DNA of 56,957 bases, filler included, from Sphacelaria rigidula (taxonomy: Eukaryota): NCBI GenBank assembly GCA_964200075.2. It is 5 parts of 5 records of this genome, joined end to end, with 100 filler letters (N's around TTAATTAATTAA, not from the genome) between each part and the next. Parts side by side here need not be neighbours in the genome. Positions count along the whole stretch, not along the records: positions 22,826 to 34,136 come from CAXNAA020005082.1; positions 34,237 to 45,547 come from CAXNAA020005083.1; 3 more parts are not named here. One strand, written 5' to 3'. The notes under the pieces are model-generated. The model saw only the letters and a program-made list of their open reading frames with translations, was not told where the DNA came from and searched no databases. Shown here piece by piece: positions 22,826 through 35,140 of this stretch (its first letter is position 1; every line of letters begins with the position of its first letter). A program made the translations under genes and the position numbers.

Positions 22826-25800
22826 CCAAGACTCCTTTCAATGTACTCTTAATTTGAACATTGTCCAGAACATCACACTTCCATTCCCCCGCCGACGAGG
22901 ACGCCAGCACCGAGAAAGACGCCCGAGAGGCACGGTCAAACATCACGTGATCCGGCGTACTACCGTACCGACGGCGATTGCTGTATATAGCGCGCATTGC
23001 ACAGCGGGCAACACGTCTATCCACTCGGTCACCTCTCGACACTGCTCGAGAAGAATAGGGCGAAGAGCACAAACCACTTCCTTCAACATGAGTTTGCACA
23101 TACCGTTAGACCACGGAGAATACGCTACCGCAAACCGATGATCAACGTGCGAAGCCTGTCGCAACCGAGCCAAGATCGCATTTTTAGAATACGCGGCGGT
23201 ATCACTCACCCACACGCGGGGCACTCTCAAAGTTTTGCACCAATTCAGCAAAGACGCAGCAGTCGATTCAGCAGTGCACACTGCTACTGATTCCAGAGGC
23301 ACAAAATTGCTCAAATCATCCATGATGACCAAAATGTATCGGAACCTAGCATCCTCCGACAAACCTTGGGAAGCTAACGGGCCACTCTCGCCCACGTGCA
23401 AGAAGTCGAAATGAACGACTTCATTCGGCGTGGTCCCACGGACCGTTCCATCGGGCGGGCGGGGGAAAACATCGCCCGCCCTCGAGTCAGCGCAGTGAAG
23501 ACACTGGCGAACAAATTCGCGCACATTAGTTTCTATCCCCTTCCAGACACAAAACTCTTGAAAGCGCACGAGCGTCGCAGCCACACCACGATGCCCGGCG
23601 TCGCGCATGTCCGCGTAAATCATCAGATGTACCTGCAACTGCTTGGCAGAACTCGGAATCCACAAAACGTTTCGGCCACGCACATGCACACGAAGCAGAT
23701 CTTCATTGTCCAAGATAGCCGTACCAACGTCCGGCTCGAAAGATTGCACATCCGCATCTTCGGCCCCAAGGTCTGTTCCTTGCGCTTGGCGGACAACAGA
23801 GTGGATGGCATCGAGTCATCAGGTTCGCACGGACCATACACAGCCACAGCGCACGCAGGCAAAGTGGGAATATTTAGCCAGCGCGACAGCAAGTCACCCC
23901 ACGCGCCACGCTCACCCGAAATGACAAATCGTGTACCGATACTGTCCTAATACTCCTTTCCACCCCTCCAAATGCTGTGCCAACGCCTTTCCACACAGAC
24001 GTCACACATGCCTCTGGGTTGAAAATGCACGCTAGATATCGGTGATCCGTGAAAATTTGTACTCCATTCCACAATAGATGCTCAACACGACCAGAAGTGC
24101 TCACGATCGTAAAACCTTCCTTGTCAATGGTTTCCCACCACATCTGTGAACCCTTGAAAGTATCACTCAGAAAAGCCAGTGGTTCATGCGTCATGTCTTG
24201 AACAGGTAACCGTTGTTGCATTTCTGCACTAGGCACCTGCGTTACAAAGCTACCCCAATTGCACTCAAATGCATCCGGAAACATTGACACCTGACAATCT
24301 GGACGAGGATGGAGCAGCGTCACTGCATCAGCCACCAGATCCTTCGCTGCCGCCCACGCCTGAAGCCTGCCCTCCGTCCACGATGTAGCCTTCTTCGGAA
24401 GCGCATTATCCGAACTGGACCACCCCGCCTGCAAATTTCGTAACACCAACCCGAGCGCCAAAAGAACCGCCATGCACAATGCCAACCAACTCGGCCTCAC
24501 TGGATCGTACCGCCGCGACTTCGTCTTCACCGCGGACGCCCGAGGATTTTGCTGAACACGCATTGGCTCCACGCGCGCAGGGGATTCACCCCGCAGCACA
24601 CGACGAAACGCGTTGACGCGGCAATGCAATATACTGTTATGGATCGCGGCATACATGGAGGAAGAGCAGTACAACGATGGGCCCATCTAATCTGATGGAC
24701 AGGTCCCGGAGGCCTGACTGCGGGAACTGGTATTGTGCCGCAGTCAGGGGGGAGGATGTTTGAGCCCGTACGAAGACGGGTACATAAACATGCCTCTTTA
24801 CATCCGGCTTGAACTCGGTTCTTTCAGAATCGGTGAAAGCCGCCCCCCTGGTTTTACTCCTATAGAAGGGAACGAAGTGGTCTGAGACATGAGATTCAAA
24901 ACCACCAGTGCAAAAGAGAAATACCATCGCCTGAAGCTGAGATCAAGATACCCTGACATTCAGGAGGGGCTGTTCCTCGTTAAACTGATCATCCCTTGTG
25001 CTGGAAGACTGTTTTGCCCTGCGATAAATGGTGAGCGAGTACGTACAAATCATTGCATACTGTATTGCACATGGATGAATATCCCGCATGTTTGGTCGAA
25101 GTAGGAAATTTCACTTCATGCCCCGTCTTGAGAAGATTCGTCATCACATTGCTTGAGCAGCGATCATGGTAACCACACCAATTGAGACAGTAGTAAAACC
25201 AACCAGTGATACGGACGAGACGGAGAGGTACCACTATTTTGTCCGTATCAATATCGTGCAGGCGCTCTGCTTTTGAGACGCTGAGGCTTTTCGTCCCAGC
25301 ATCCGTCACGCTCTCCTTCAGCGCGACTTTTCGAGCGGACTCCTCTTCCGCCGAACCAATAAATAGATACCTCCGGGCCACGCTCCACCAAGCGTTCCTC
25401 CGCCTCATCACGCTCCTCGGACACCTGCCCCCCCCCGTCTCCTGGAAAGCATCAACCGACAAGCTCACTCTGCGACTGGCCAAAAAAGCAGGCGTCTCGA
25501 CACTCGAACCGGGCGACGGCATTTTCGTTTTTAGGGACTCTAACAACCGATCATACGGATTGACTCCGTGTCCCCGAAGCGTTGATAGGCCCAACAGAAC
25601 GTCACCATCCGTCCTCGGCGTGATCACAAACGATATTGGGGGTAATTTTCCTGGCCCCCAAGTAGTCAGGAACGCCAACTGTAGGAGACTCGTACGCTCC
25701 GTCACATTTACACGTTGTCCAGATGCGGTGATGGCCTGCCGCGCCCCGAGCGCGAACGGAATTCGGATTTGCTCACCGGGGAGTAGACGCTCCAGCATCT

Positions 25801-27690
25801 CCACAATTAGCACCGACACGCTCGTGAAGTGGGCGCCTGAATCCAACACCGCGTTGACCGATATAGCTCCCCGCGCCCGTTAATCGGGCAGATATCACTC
25901 GGCAGGGACATGATTGTCTTGGTCCTCGACCGGCACCTGCTCCGCCGACTGATGGGTCGTAGTCCCCACCTGGCGAAACGGCTACGCGCGCGCGGCGCAT
26001 GCATAGACGCCCCCGCTGGGGTCACCGGCACCGCCGGCGAGTACGAAGACCCGCCCGCTGAACCAAATTGCAGCGGTACCCCGGCCGACGCAGCAGCGGG
26101 TTCAAATTTCAGTTGAAAGCCGGCCGGCTCCGCATCCAGCGTCTCGCCTTGCTCTGCTGCCGGCGGCGCCGGCACCGAGCCTGACACCAGAGAGGTCGGT
26201 CCCACCGGCACCGCCCGTTGCGGAGCAGCAGCCCCTGGGGCTAAATCGAACCCAAAACCAGACCCCTGCTGACGCCGCTGCCCCTGCTGCTGCTGCTGCT
26301 GCTGGGAAGTCGACTATGCACCTCCACCGCTGGAGGATCCGCCGCTGCCGCCACCACGACTACCTCGTCTTTTGCAATTGCGAGGGTGCGCGGCACTCGT
26401 CTGCCCAGACTCCCCCTCAGAAGGCGTTGGGCACTTCCGTGCGATGTGACCGACCTGGCCACACTGGAAGCAAGTAAAATTGGAGGCGGCACTGCCTGCG
26501 GATCTTGATCCGCGGTTACGCGAGCTCGAAGACTGCGGCGACGAAGGGGATGATTTTCCGAATACTTCGACCCGCCGTCAAATGACTAAGGCAAGCAACA
26601 AATGAGTACGCCGTCATGCCTGAGCTTCAGCCACCACGGTATCCATGACTAAATACGGGTCCGACTTCGATTTTGTTTCGTGCTGTAACTGTACAAGCAC
26701 GGCCTGCTTAAATTCCGCCGGAGCCAGATCCTCCACCATTGCTTCGGTGACTACCGCAGCGGGCCCTGGGCGACAGTTCCCATTGGACGAACGATAAATC
26801 ATCTCTACGTTGGGATTTTCCGAAAAATACTTGTCCAATTTACCCATTGTGGGCTCCACCCTCTCACCCATGGTCCTCCCCTTGTGGTTCATTGCGACAG
26901 CCTTCGACTCGGCCGCGGACGCCTGAGTAAGCTCTACCTCCGCTCCTACCGCATGGCCTACGTGCTTCTTTATCGCTGCGGCCAACTGCAGCGGCGTTAT
27001 GGTGTGCTTTTCGTGGAACCTTCTCGCGGAGACGCGTTGCAACGGGGTAGGCACTAGTTGTGCCATAGAAACCACCTGATGCCTCACCGCACCCCCTGCA
27101 TTCGCATGCTCCACCCTCCTTTTGCATTCCATGTATTTCGTGTAAAACGATCGAGAAGCACCCTCAGAATACAAACTCCCGTCACTGGGTGGCCGCAACT
27201 CTTCCCTGAGAACGACTGGGCGTACGGTCGTTTCCGCTGTCTCCATTGCCGGTATCTCAGTAGTCGACATTCTCGAGCCGAGAATCGAAGATTTGTGAAA
27301 CGTTCTCGAACTTCAGATCACACCTGCTTTCTTCGCCGCTCTACACAGCCCTGGGGTCCTATGGAGATCCGCTGTACGCAGCTTCAGCAAGTCTCCAGTC
27401 TGGATCAATCACGGGCCAGCCGCCTTTGCAGCTACCTCAGCTTGAAACCTCGTCACACGTCCGTGAAGCTCTGTGCCCGAAGCAAATCACAAGCTGTCCA
27501 GACCTCTCCCTGCTGAAACGTTTTCAGCAGTCTCAAAACGATAGCCCCAACTAGCACGCCTAGCACTAGCACGAATATCGATATTGTGACGCTAGCAGGT
27601 TGCTAGTATTGCAGCGTCTAAACGCTGTTGAGGGACTCCCCAGTTCCACTGGCCTCAAGGTCTCAGTTTTCAGCCTTCACAACACCTTAT
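22826..27690 (-). mobile_element. Degenerate Ty3/Gypsy LTR retrotransposon (gag-PR-partial RT-RNaseH-IN)
   Basis: gag-like ORF 27270-26614; protease LDSGA in ORF 25849-24989; RNase H (FPDA...KEGF...FTDH) in ORF 24686-23874; integrase (GHRG...CLHC, HFDF...MDD...SD) in ORF 23749-22943; frameshifts; runs into the gap; LTR limits approximate. Confidence 0.92.
24635..25250. mobile_element. 616-bp solo LTR nested in the Gypsy pol
   Basis: TGTTATGGA...TCCGTATCA termini; 4-bp TSD atac/atat; removing it restores the frame LHDILHCRVNAFRR. Confidence 0.8.
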
Positions 27691-27697
27691 CATTACC

Positions 27698-28890
27698 GGA
27701 GTGAACACCTTCCGCCCCGTACCATCTAGCCTGGGCCACACAACAAGGGTCATCATGCACAGGATGCCCCTGTCCCCTGGTCATCATCCAGGATCCACTA
27801 TATACTCAACCGTGACGGCGTGATTTCGTCAGAAACCCCACACTTATTGATGTGAGTGCTGATCCAGAGTCGAGAAAAACGCGAGCCATAAATGAACCGA
27901 CAGAACCGGGTATAGATAGATCGGCAGCGCTCCAGCACTTGACATCGGTGCTTTTACATTCGTCGCAACAGTGGAAGATACACCAGACACGAATCCTGCC
28001 GAGCCTATGGGCTGCGAGCCTTCCGCCCCGGCACTCCCCACCGAAGTATTACCTCCTCCCTCATATGTTAGCCGCCCCGACACAGACAAACCTAGAGACC
28101 TAGAGTCATCACGTGTAAAGGCATTTGAGGATACAGTAGCGCCGGGATTACAATTCTCTGTCGCTTGATTTCGTTTTTGGCCCCCGTCTCTGCATTCATA
28201 TCTCTGGTTGCTCGGACTTTTCCCGCCGTGACGACCGCCTCGAGATCCCGACAAATCTCGCGCATTTCCTTGCGCAGCGCCTTTAGCGCGAGGCTTGGAG
28301 CAACGTCTTAAAGTATGCCCAAGGTCTTCACAATTGTAACAGGCGAGTGAACAACGCTCGCGAAGTTCCCAGCTGTTCCTGTTGCTTGCGCTCGCCATAC
28401 TTTGACGCTTCTAACGGTTTATCCCAAACCAGCGGCATCGTTGCCGCTTGAGTCATGTTCTCTATTACTCAAAATTCATGGATATACTCTTGCCTTACTT
28501 GAGCTTCCCACCAGCGGAGTGTCTCTCTCCAAACGCCGTGAGCTGTAAGCTGTCTTTCGTCTAAAAACCGGCTGCTTTCCGCAGCTTCAACCAGGATCCG
28601 AAAAACGGTACAGCTTCGATCCTTCCTCCAGTTTCTCCAGACCTTCCAACAGAGTGCCGAGAAATATCTAGACATTATAACCTCTGCCAGGCGATCTGGA
28701 CAAGAGGACTGCCAGCGAGGGTCTCCTCCAGCAGTATCTGGCCTCGTAGCTCGATGAGCCTTCTCAGAGCTTGGTATAATTCATGGAGTAAACAGCTGCA
28801 GCCCGTACCGTCAGGCATGGGCTACACAGCAAGGGTCATCATCCACAGGATGCTCTTGTCCCCTGGTAATCATCCAGGATTCTACATGCT
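27698..28890 (-). mobile_element. Second LTR-retroelement relic (gag zinc knuckle plus protease start) between ~80-95-bp direct repeats
   Basis: CYNCEDLGHTLRRC (CCHC); frameshifted VFLDSGSALTSIS near 27880-27842; repeats 27716-27794 and 28802-28880 differ at 10 of 79 positions. Confidence 0.7.
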
Positions 28891-29722
28891 ACATCTACCA
28901 CGCCTTGGTATATTTTGGCTACAGTTACTACCACAGAACGCCCGACCTATGCTGTACAAGTCGACCGCAACACGGAAGACGAAGCGTAAAGCTGTGGACC
29001 GCTGCTTCACGCGTAATTGACGCTAACAATTTCCATCGACGCCTTCTAAGCGCCCTCCGTCTCAATTTGTTACCCCAAATTCCTCTGCAGCTGTCGAGAG
29101 CAGGCCTCAATTGTACAGTCAAATTGTGTACAATAGCGTAGACACAATGCTTTGTTATGAAATCACCATTTTCATACTCAAATTGGTATAACAATAATTG
29201 CCCATGACGGCAAATCTCAAATAAACTGGATGACCCGGCGCCCTTGTCACTAGTTCCTGTTTAATCGACAGTATGAACTGGTCCAGTTCACAGCCCAATA
29301 AACCAGTCTTGTTCCGAAAGACAAAATTGGAACAAAAATGCAGTACAACAGTACTACTGTACGAATTTTGTACAGATTGTCATTATCCATGGGATGACCC
29401 CCAGTTGATATGAATGATGTTCGCCAGTTAAAGAGAGGAGGCAGCTTGCTTGGGGGCCTAATGTAGCTATGGTGGTTGTGGAGGCAGCTTATTATTCTAA
29501 GGTGCAGAGCAATCTTGCACATTTTAACCCGCAGACCCCCTTGCACTTTCCGATTTCTCATACTTACATTCCCTCTCAAGTTCAGCGCACATGATTACCC
29601 GTCAAATCTTGAAAAAAAAACCAGAGCCTGTGAGATTCTTAACTACGAAATTCTTGAAATCTGCTGTTCTCTGTGTATATACAATTGGAATGCTCACTCT
29701 GATCACATCTTTCATCTCGCCG

Positions 29723-30149
29723 TGTAAGATATACAACATATCCACTGGGTTATCAGTTAGCTGACTGATAGCTCAGTGGATATGTTTGTATGTCTAACAA
29801 AGCTACACGGGTTCCGATAGCTGGTTAGACTGTTGGCCTCCGGGTTTTACCCGAGGGTTGTAATCCCCCTAATCATCGCTGCCACAAGCGGTTCGCCAGC
29901 TCACAGGCGGCGACATGGTCCATGGTTCTTCATCCTGAAGACTGGTGATGTGAACCATGCTTTTAGGTGTGTATCCCAGACTTTAACTCAGATTTTCTTT
30001 CTTCTGCAGAAAAGAGTGTTGAGATGCTCTCGGAGGGATCGAACCCCGGTTGCACTTTTGTTAGATATACAACATATCCCAGGAGCTACCAGCCAGCGCT
30101 GGCTGGTAGCGCTGGCTGGTAGCTCCTGGGATATGTTGTATATCTAACA
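29723..30149. mobile_element. 427-bp TG...CA element with palindromic terminal units and a 5-bp TSD (CGCCG)
   Basis: cgccg at 29718-29722 and 30150-30154; hairpins at 29723-29799 and 30059-30149 share TGTWAGATATACAACATATCC arms. Confidence 0.88.
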
Positions 30150-31066
30150 CGCCGCACATTGTGGTGCGCCTGCCGCGACAACTTCGAGCAACGTAAACAG
30201 CGAGTCCGGCATGCCCCACATGCCACATCGCAGATGGTGCATTTTTGTTTTTGTTTTCAGTCCAAGATGACCGTGGTCACCGAAACGGCTTCACATTAGG
30301 GCCCAGATCTTCGTTATCCAGGGGTGCCTCAAGTTAGGAGCTACACAAGAACATCGGTCAGGACTTCACGTTTTCGATGCCAGTCGGAGTATCCCTCTGA
30401 CCCATTAGAAATGCTAATCGCCGTGTGCTCGCACATTTATTCAGTCGTTTTCGGATGAGAGGGGGGGTTCCCAACAATTCGACCCGCCTACACGTTTTGT
30501 GCTCTCCAACCGTACCACCACTTAGATGTGCCCCATAACAGCGCTCCATCGAACAACTAGCTGAAGCTCTATCCTGAACTTAAAGTTATCATTTCTTTTG
30601 TGTTTTTCGATACACTTGCTCTGCTTTGGATTTGAGAGAGCATCGCGAGGCTACAGCATCACGGTGGTGTGACTGGCTGAGTAGAGGGCGGAGTGCAGCA
30701 CAGATAAACACTTCGCTACACCTTGTGAACACCTTGAGAAGATGAACACCGTGTGGACGACCTTGTAGACACCTTCGGAAGGTCCGAAACCCTCAAATTG
30801 ACTCGAATTGACCTTCAACAATGTGCACGGTTGTTGAGGGTGCTTGACACAGCAACCTTGTGAGCTTCAACACCCTGAGAAGGTCTGAGATATACACGCA
30901 CCCAATGTGCGAGGTTGTAGTAGAGAGTTGCTTGACACAGCACCTTGTTGTGTGAGTGAACATCATGACGGGGTCTGATATATTGTTGTGCCAAGATCGA
31001 AATCCTCTACATTGCATGTTTCTGAACCCATTCTTGGTGCAATATATTTGGAAATTGTGCAGCGCG

Positions 31067-31340
31067 GGGGCTGTTCGGGGTTGGTTGATTGATTGTTTGA
31101 TTGTCGCACCTGAACTGACCCCCCAGGGGTCCAGCCGTGGTCTCATTACAGACGGACCCAAGAATAACAGGGTAAATCCTCGTTTTCCCCAGTTGGGATT
31201 TCTGCTTTTTTTAAATGCCAAACTGGGAAAATCGAGGATTTGAACCTTTTTGTTTTTCATATCCTCGCTTTGCCCAATTCAGATATCTTTTTCGCAATTG
31301 AAAAAAGGGAAAAACGAGGAATAACTCCTGACAGCCCCTG
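31067..31340. mobile_element. MITE-like element whose left TIR is interrupted by a family A retroposon end (31081 to about 31167, minus)
   Basis: Right-end reverse complement caggggctgtcaggagttattcctcgtttt versus left ggggctgt[insert]cagggtaaatcctcgtttt. Confidence 0.55.
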
Positions 31341-31802
31341 CTGTGAAATTCCATACACCGGCATGTGGGAGATGTACAGCAAAGGATTCTCGGAATAAGT
31401 CATCGTTCTGACCCCCAATTTTACCTGAAATTGGGCAAAGAGAGGACGTGCGAGCAGCCTATGCTGTCCAAATCTGGCGTACGATGCTGTTGCCAGCGTA
31501 TGGCACTCAAACCGCAGATATTATCAAAAGCATGTTTGTCTCCAGATCAAATCACTTGGGCAGGGCGGGAACGTTTCGACAGCCTCTCCAGAGGATTTCG
31601 ATATTATTGACAGAATCTCTCTAGAGGATCTCGAATGCTCAAGATGAGGTACGACCTTTACAAGGCCAAGACCTTGCGAAGGTATGACACCTTCGATAAT
31701 GTGCACGGTTGCGGAGGTCAGCTTCATGTACCCCACGGCGAAACCAAAGTGTCCACCTGTGAGGGTTTCAATTCGAACACACTTTTTCTGAGCACTTCAG
31801 GT

Positions 31803-32050
31803 ATTGATTGATTGATAGATTATCTCACATTAGCTGATTGCAACACTCCAGCCCGTGGTCAGAAGCAGCAAAGGTAGAACATAATAATAACAAAAAAAAC
31901 GAAAGAAAGGAAAAGAAAAAGACAGAAGCAACGGCCTCAGAAAGCAAAGAAAGGGGGCAGCGATACGACAAAAACAACACGAACAACGACGACAACAAAC
32001 AACAACGACAACGACAACGATGACGACCAACAACAACAACAGCGATAACA
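31803..32050 (-). mobile_element. Retroposon 3' end, family B, with (CAAT)n tail, followed by A-rich/(CAA,GAC)n simple sequence
   Basis: attgattgattgatagattatctcacattagctgattgcaac...gcagcaaagg. Confidence 0.5.
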
Positions 32051-34136
32051 AGGGTCTGTCAAAAATATATTTCGGACACGTAGGCTCCAAAATCGAAAAT
32101 TCGAGTCTTTGAGGTGGGGGGTGGGGACACCCAGCCGTCGGTCCCCTGTTTTTTTCCCGAAGCGTTGGCGGAGGATGCGGTCAGCTGCCATAGACAGTAG
32201 AGATCCTTACACATTTTATATCATACATGATATATTGTGGTTCATATATTACATATCATTTGCTATATTTCATATAATGTATTTCATATTTTTTGTACCA
32301 TATAAGATACGTCTATATTACACACACGCTTCTTCTCCTTAATATATACTATATTGTATATATTATATACAATACAAGGTTCCCTTTCGGGAGGTTAGTA
32401 CAGGCCCCTCGGGGGTGACGCAAGTCGATAATATCAAATATACTTCATATGCCCTCTCAGTGCGCTGCAAAAGAAAGCGTGGTAAAAAATGCCTTATTGG
32501 CAGTGAAAACTCGGCAAAAAAAGTGGTGAAAAAGTGAAATGATACATGTACATAATACACATGGGTAAAATGCAGGGAGAAAAAGCGCGCAAGTCATCGC
32601 TTTATCCGCTTTGATCGAGCAGGTATATATTGCTCTCCGCGAAAAATAGAAAGACGTGGACAAACAAACACAACTGATGAAGGAGCCTCCAATAACATAG
32701 AACGATGTTTTCGTGAGATTGAGAGTAGAGCACACGACTGAGAAGGAGAAGTGGTTAATTAGTTATTTCATCGTTTCAGTTTCGGAAAATCCCTCCGCGA
32801 GGCCCGTACCGACGCAGCGGGCTAACTCACAGTTATTAACCGGTGAAGTACCGGCGCAGAGATGTTCCTGTGAAGTCAGTGTTGCGCCAACAGGAAAAAG
32901 CAAAATCGGAACAAAATCTTACCGTTTGCCCTCTAGTGCGCACTGCTGAAGCGCACAGCACCAGATATAGCGACTTGGAACTGTTGACTGTGGTTTGCAT
33001 AGCCTATGAGCGATGATTCAGCGCCTCGCAGCGGCTGCAGCGCGCTTAGGGCCGTGCGCCATAAAGTGCGCAGCTCTACAGACTGTATGCCGATCGGTGC
33101 ACTACAGATGGTCATGATCCAGAAAGGGTCGCAGTACAGACCGGTGCCAGTATGCTACCGCATCGGCCGTCCAGTCACTCAACATGTCTAAGTTTATGCA
33201 TCTGCGCATGCATATATGCATTCGCCTGTAGTGCGATACTGGTAGACAGAAAGAGATGTACATAAACAACGATTGGTACTCGATTTGACTTGGTTTCAGA
33301 ATAAAGAAAGTTCTGAGAAAAATCATGATTTGGGGCGGGTGAGCAGTGGTGAGCAGTATAACCAGGTCGTCCGGAACGTGTTTTGGTCCAAAATCGGCTC
33401 AAAGGCGTCGATTTAAGCTCTCGAAAGGCGTCGATTTGACTTCTTGCAACGCAGGCGTTAGCTAAGAAACTGCACCCCCCTTGCCCGAGAGTTTGCGGTA
33501 TGTCTTGGTCGATGTTAGTGTTGTTAGCGTTAGAGTTGGTGACATCTCCATCGTACCAACCATTGCTAACGCACATTTCTTTAGGTCCCTCCCGTGAAAT
33601 ACTTGCGAAGGGATGCATCCTTGTCACAAGGACATATATGTCGTCCCTGTCACAAGGACATTCCTGGGCCGGTATTTCACACAGGTGCATCCTTTGAGGG
33701 AATTCCCTGTTACGGGTTGCATGACCACAGGGATTTCGTCACCCCCCTGTGCTTGTCGAGCACAGCTGACCCACAGCGAGGACGTTTGCCCACGTGTGTG
33801 CCTTGTTCAACTCGCCAACAGCTTATTGCACGGTCTTGGTTTTGCTGCTGACTACGGCGAAGGCAATGATCAATTGTTTTTAACTGCTTTGCTTTCATTT
33901 TTTCGTGACATTTGCTGCATAACCGCTGTCTTCGTGCTACCGAATCAACGAGAACGCAAAAAAATACCCCTCCATGAACAGGATTTTGTCGTTTAGGTTC
34001 CTGTTTGAAGTTTTCCATCATCTTGAATAGGCTTTTGTGGTTCGGGATCAAAACCCCGCGTAAACGAGCCAGTGTGGGCGACTTTCGATGGCCAGAACAC
34101 GCGCCACAGGTATCAGATGACACCCAAACCTGAAAG

Positions 34137-34236
34137 NNNNNNNNNNNNNNNNNNNNNNNNNNNNNNNNNNNNNNNNNNNNTTAATTAATTAANNNNNNNN
34201 NNNNNNNNNNNNNNNNNNNNNNNNNNNNNNNNNNNN
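34137..34236. other. Artificial contig linker
   Basis: N44-TTAATTAATTAA-N44. Confidence 0.97.
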
Positions 34237-34319
34237 CCAAACAAAGAGGGTACCCAGGTTTGTCGCTAATGCACCATGGTATACCCTACTGTGACGTTTG
34301 CCCAAAATAAAAACACTCA

Positions 34320-35140
34320 TCGGCAAAACTTCACGCCGTTTGAAGGAATTAGACCCTGAAATTATGCACAGGTGTTCTATGGGTCATTACTCAACTTTCC
34401 AAGGTCGATTTTTTTTTTTTTTACCTTTTTGATTTTCTTCACTGTTCTCCGGGGTCTCAGTTTTTCGGGAAAACTTCGATCCAGTCGGACCCCCGTAAAA
34501 CGGTGGGAAAAAAAAACCTCGTGCATCCAGAGTTGCGTTATGACCCATACATAGCACAGTTGTGCAAAATTTTAGGGTTTAACTCCTGCGAAAGGCGTGA
34601 AGTTTCTAAGTTTTTCGTGCTTGTGTGATGAACCTTGCCGTGCCACGGTGAAACGGCAAACTACTAGATTTTGGTATTAACCCTTTGGGAACGCAAGTGC
34701 TGATTCTTGTTTTGTGAATCTTTGTGAATCGGCATCATNNNNNNNNNNATGATGCCGATTCACCAAAACAAAAATCAGCACTCCCTGTGGGTCTAGTTCC
34801 CAAAGGGTTAAAATGGCGTTTTGGGGCCTTCTTTGACGTGAACATGAAAATTCAAGCACCACTTGATCGATTTTGGCCACGAAACTTTGTGGGGTTCTTC
34901 TCTGGGTTTTGCGGCGACAGAGCGTTCGCGAAAAAAATGAAAAAAAGACCGTAGTGCCGGTTTTACGGGGTCCCAGAATGGACCACTTCGGAAAAACGAC
35001 TTGGATCCTGTCGGGCCCCGGAAAAACGGTGAAAAAAATCAAGAATTAGAACAACATCGTTGATCGAAACTTGCGTGATGATTCATAACACAGTTGTGCA
35101 CAATTTCAGGGTCTAACTCCTTGTAAATGCGTGAAGATTT
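34320..35140. repeat. ~50-bp module repeated in direct and inverted orientation
   Basis: cacagttgtgca.aattt.agggt.taactcct...aa.gcgtgaag at about 34554 and 35089; inverted copy at about 34328-34371. Confidence 0.65.
34681..34807. mobile_element. piggyBac-like MITE, TTAA TSD, 12-bp perfect TIR
   Basis: TTAA|CCCTTTGGGAAC...GTTCCCAAAGGG|TTAA; internal inverted repeat surrounds a 10-N gap (34739-34748), so true length is unknown. Confidence 0.85.

Noticed and set aside
30793..31260. KLTRLL in a minus-strand ORF as the missing kinesin exon
   Set aside because: Wrong strand, lacks the HIPYRDS...QDSLGG context, and lies in repeat-derived sequence
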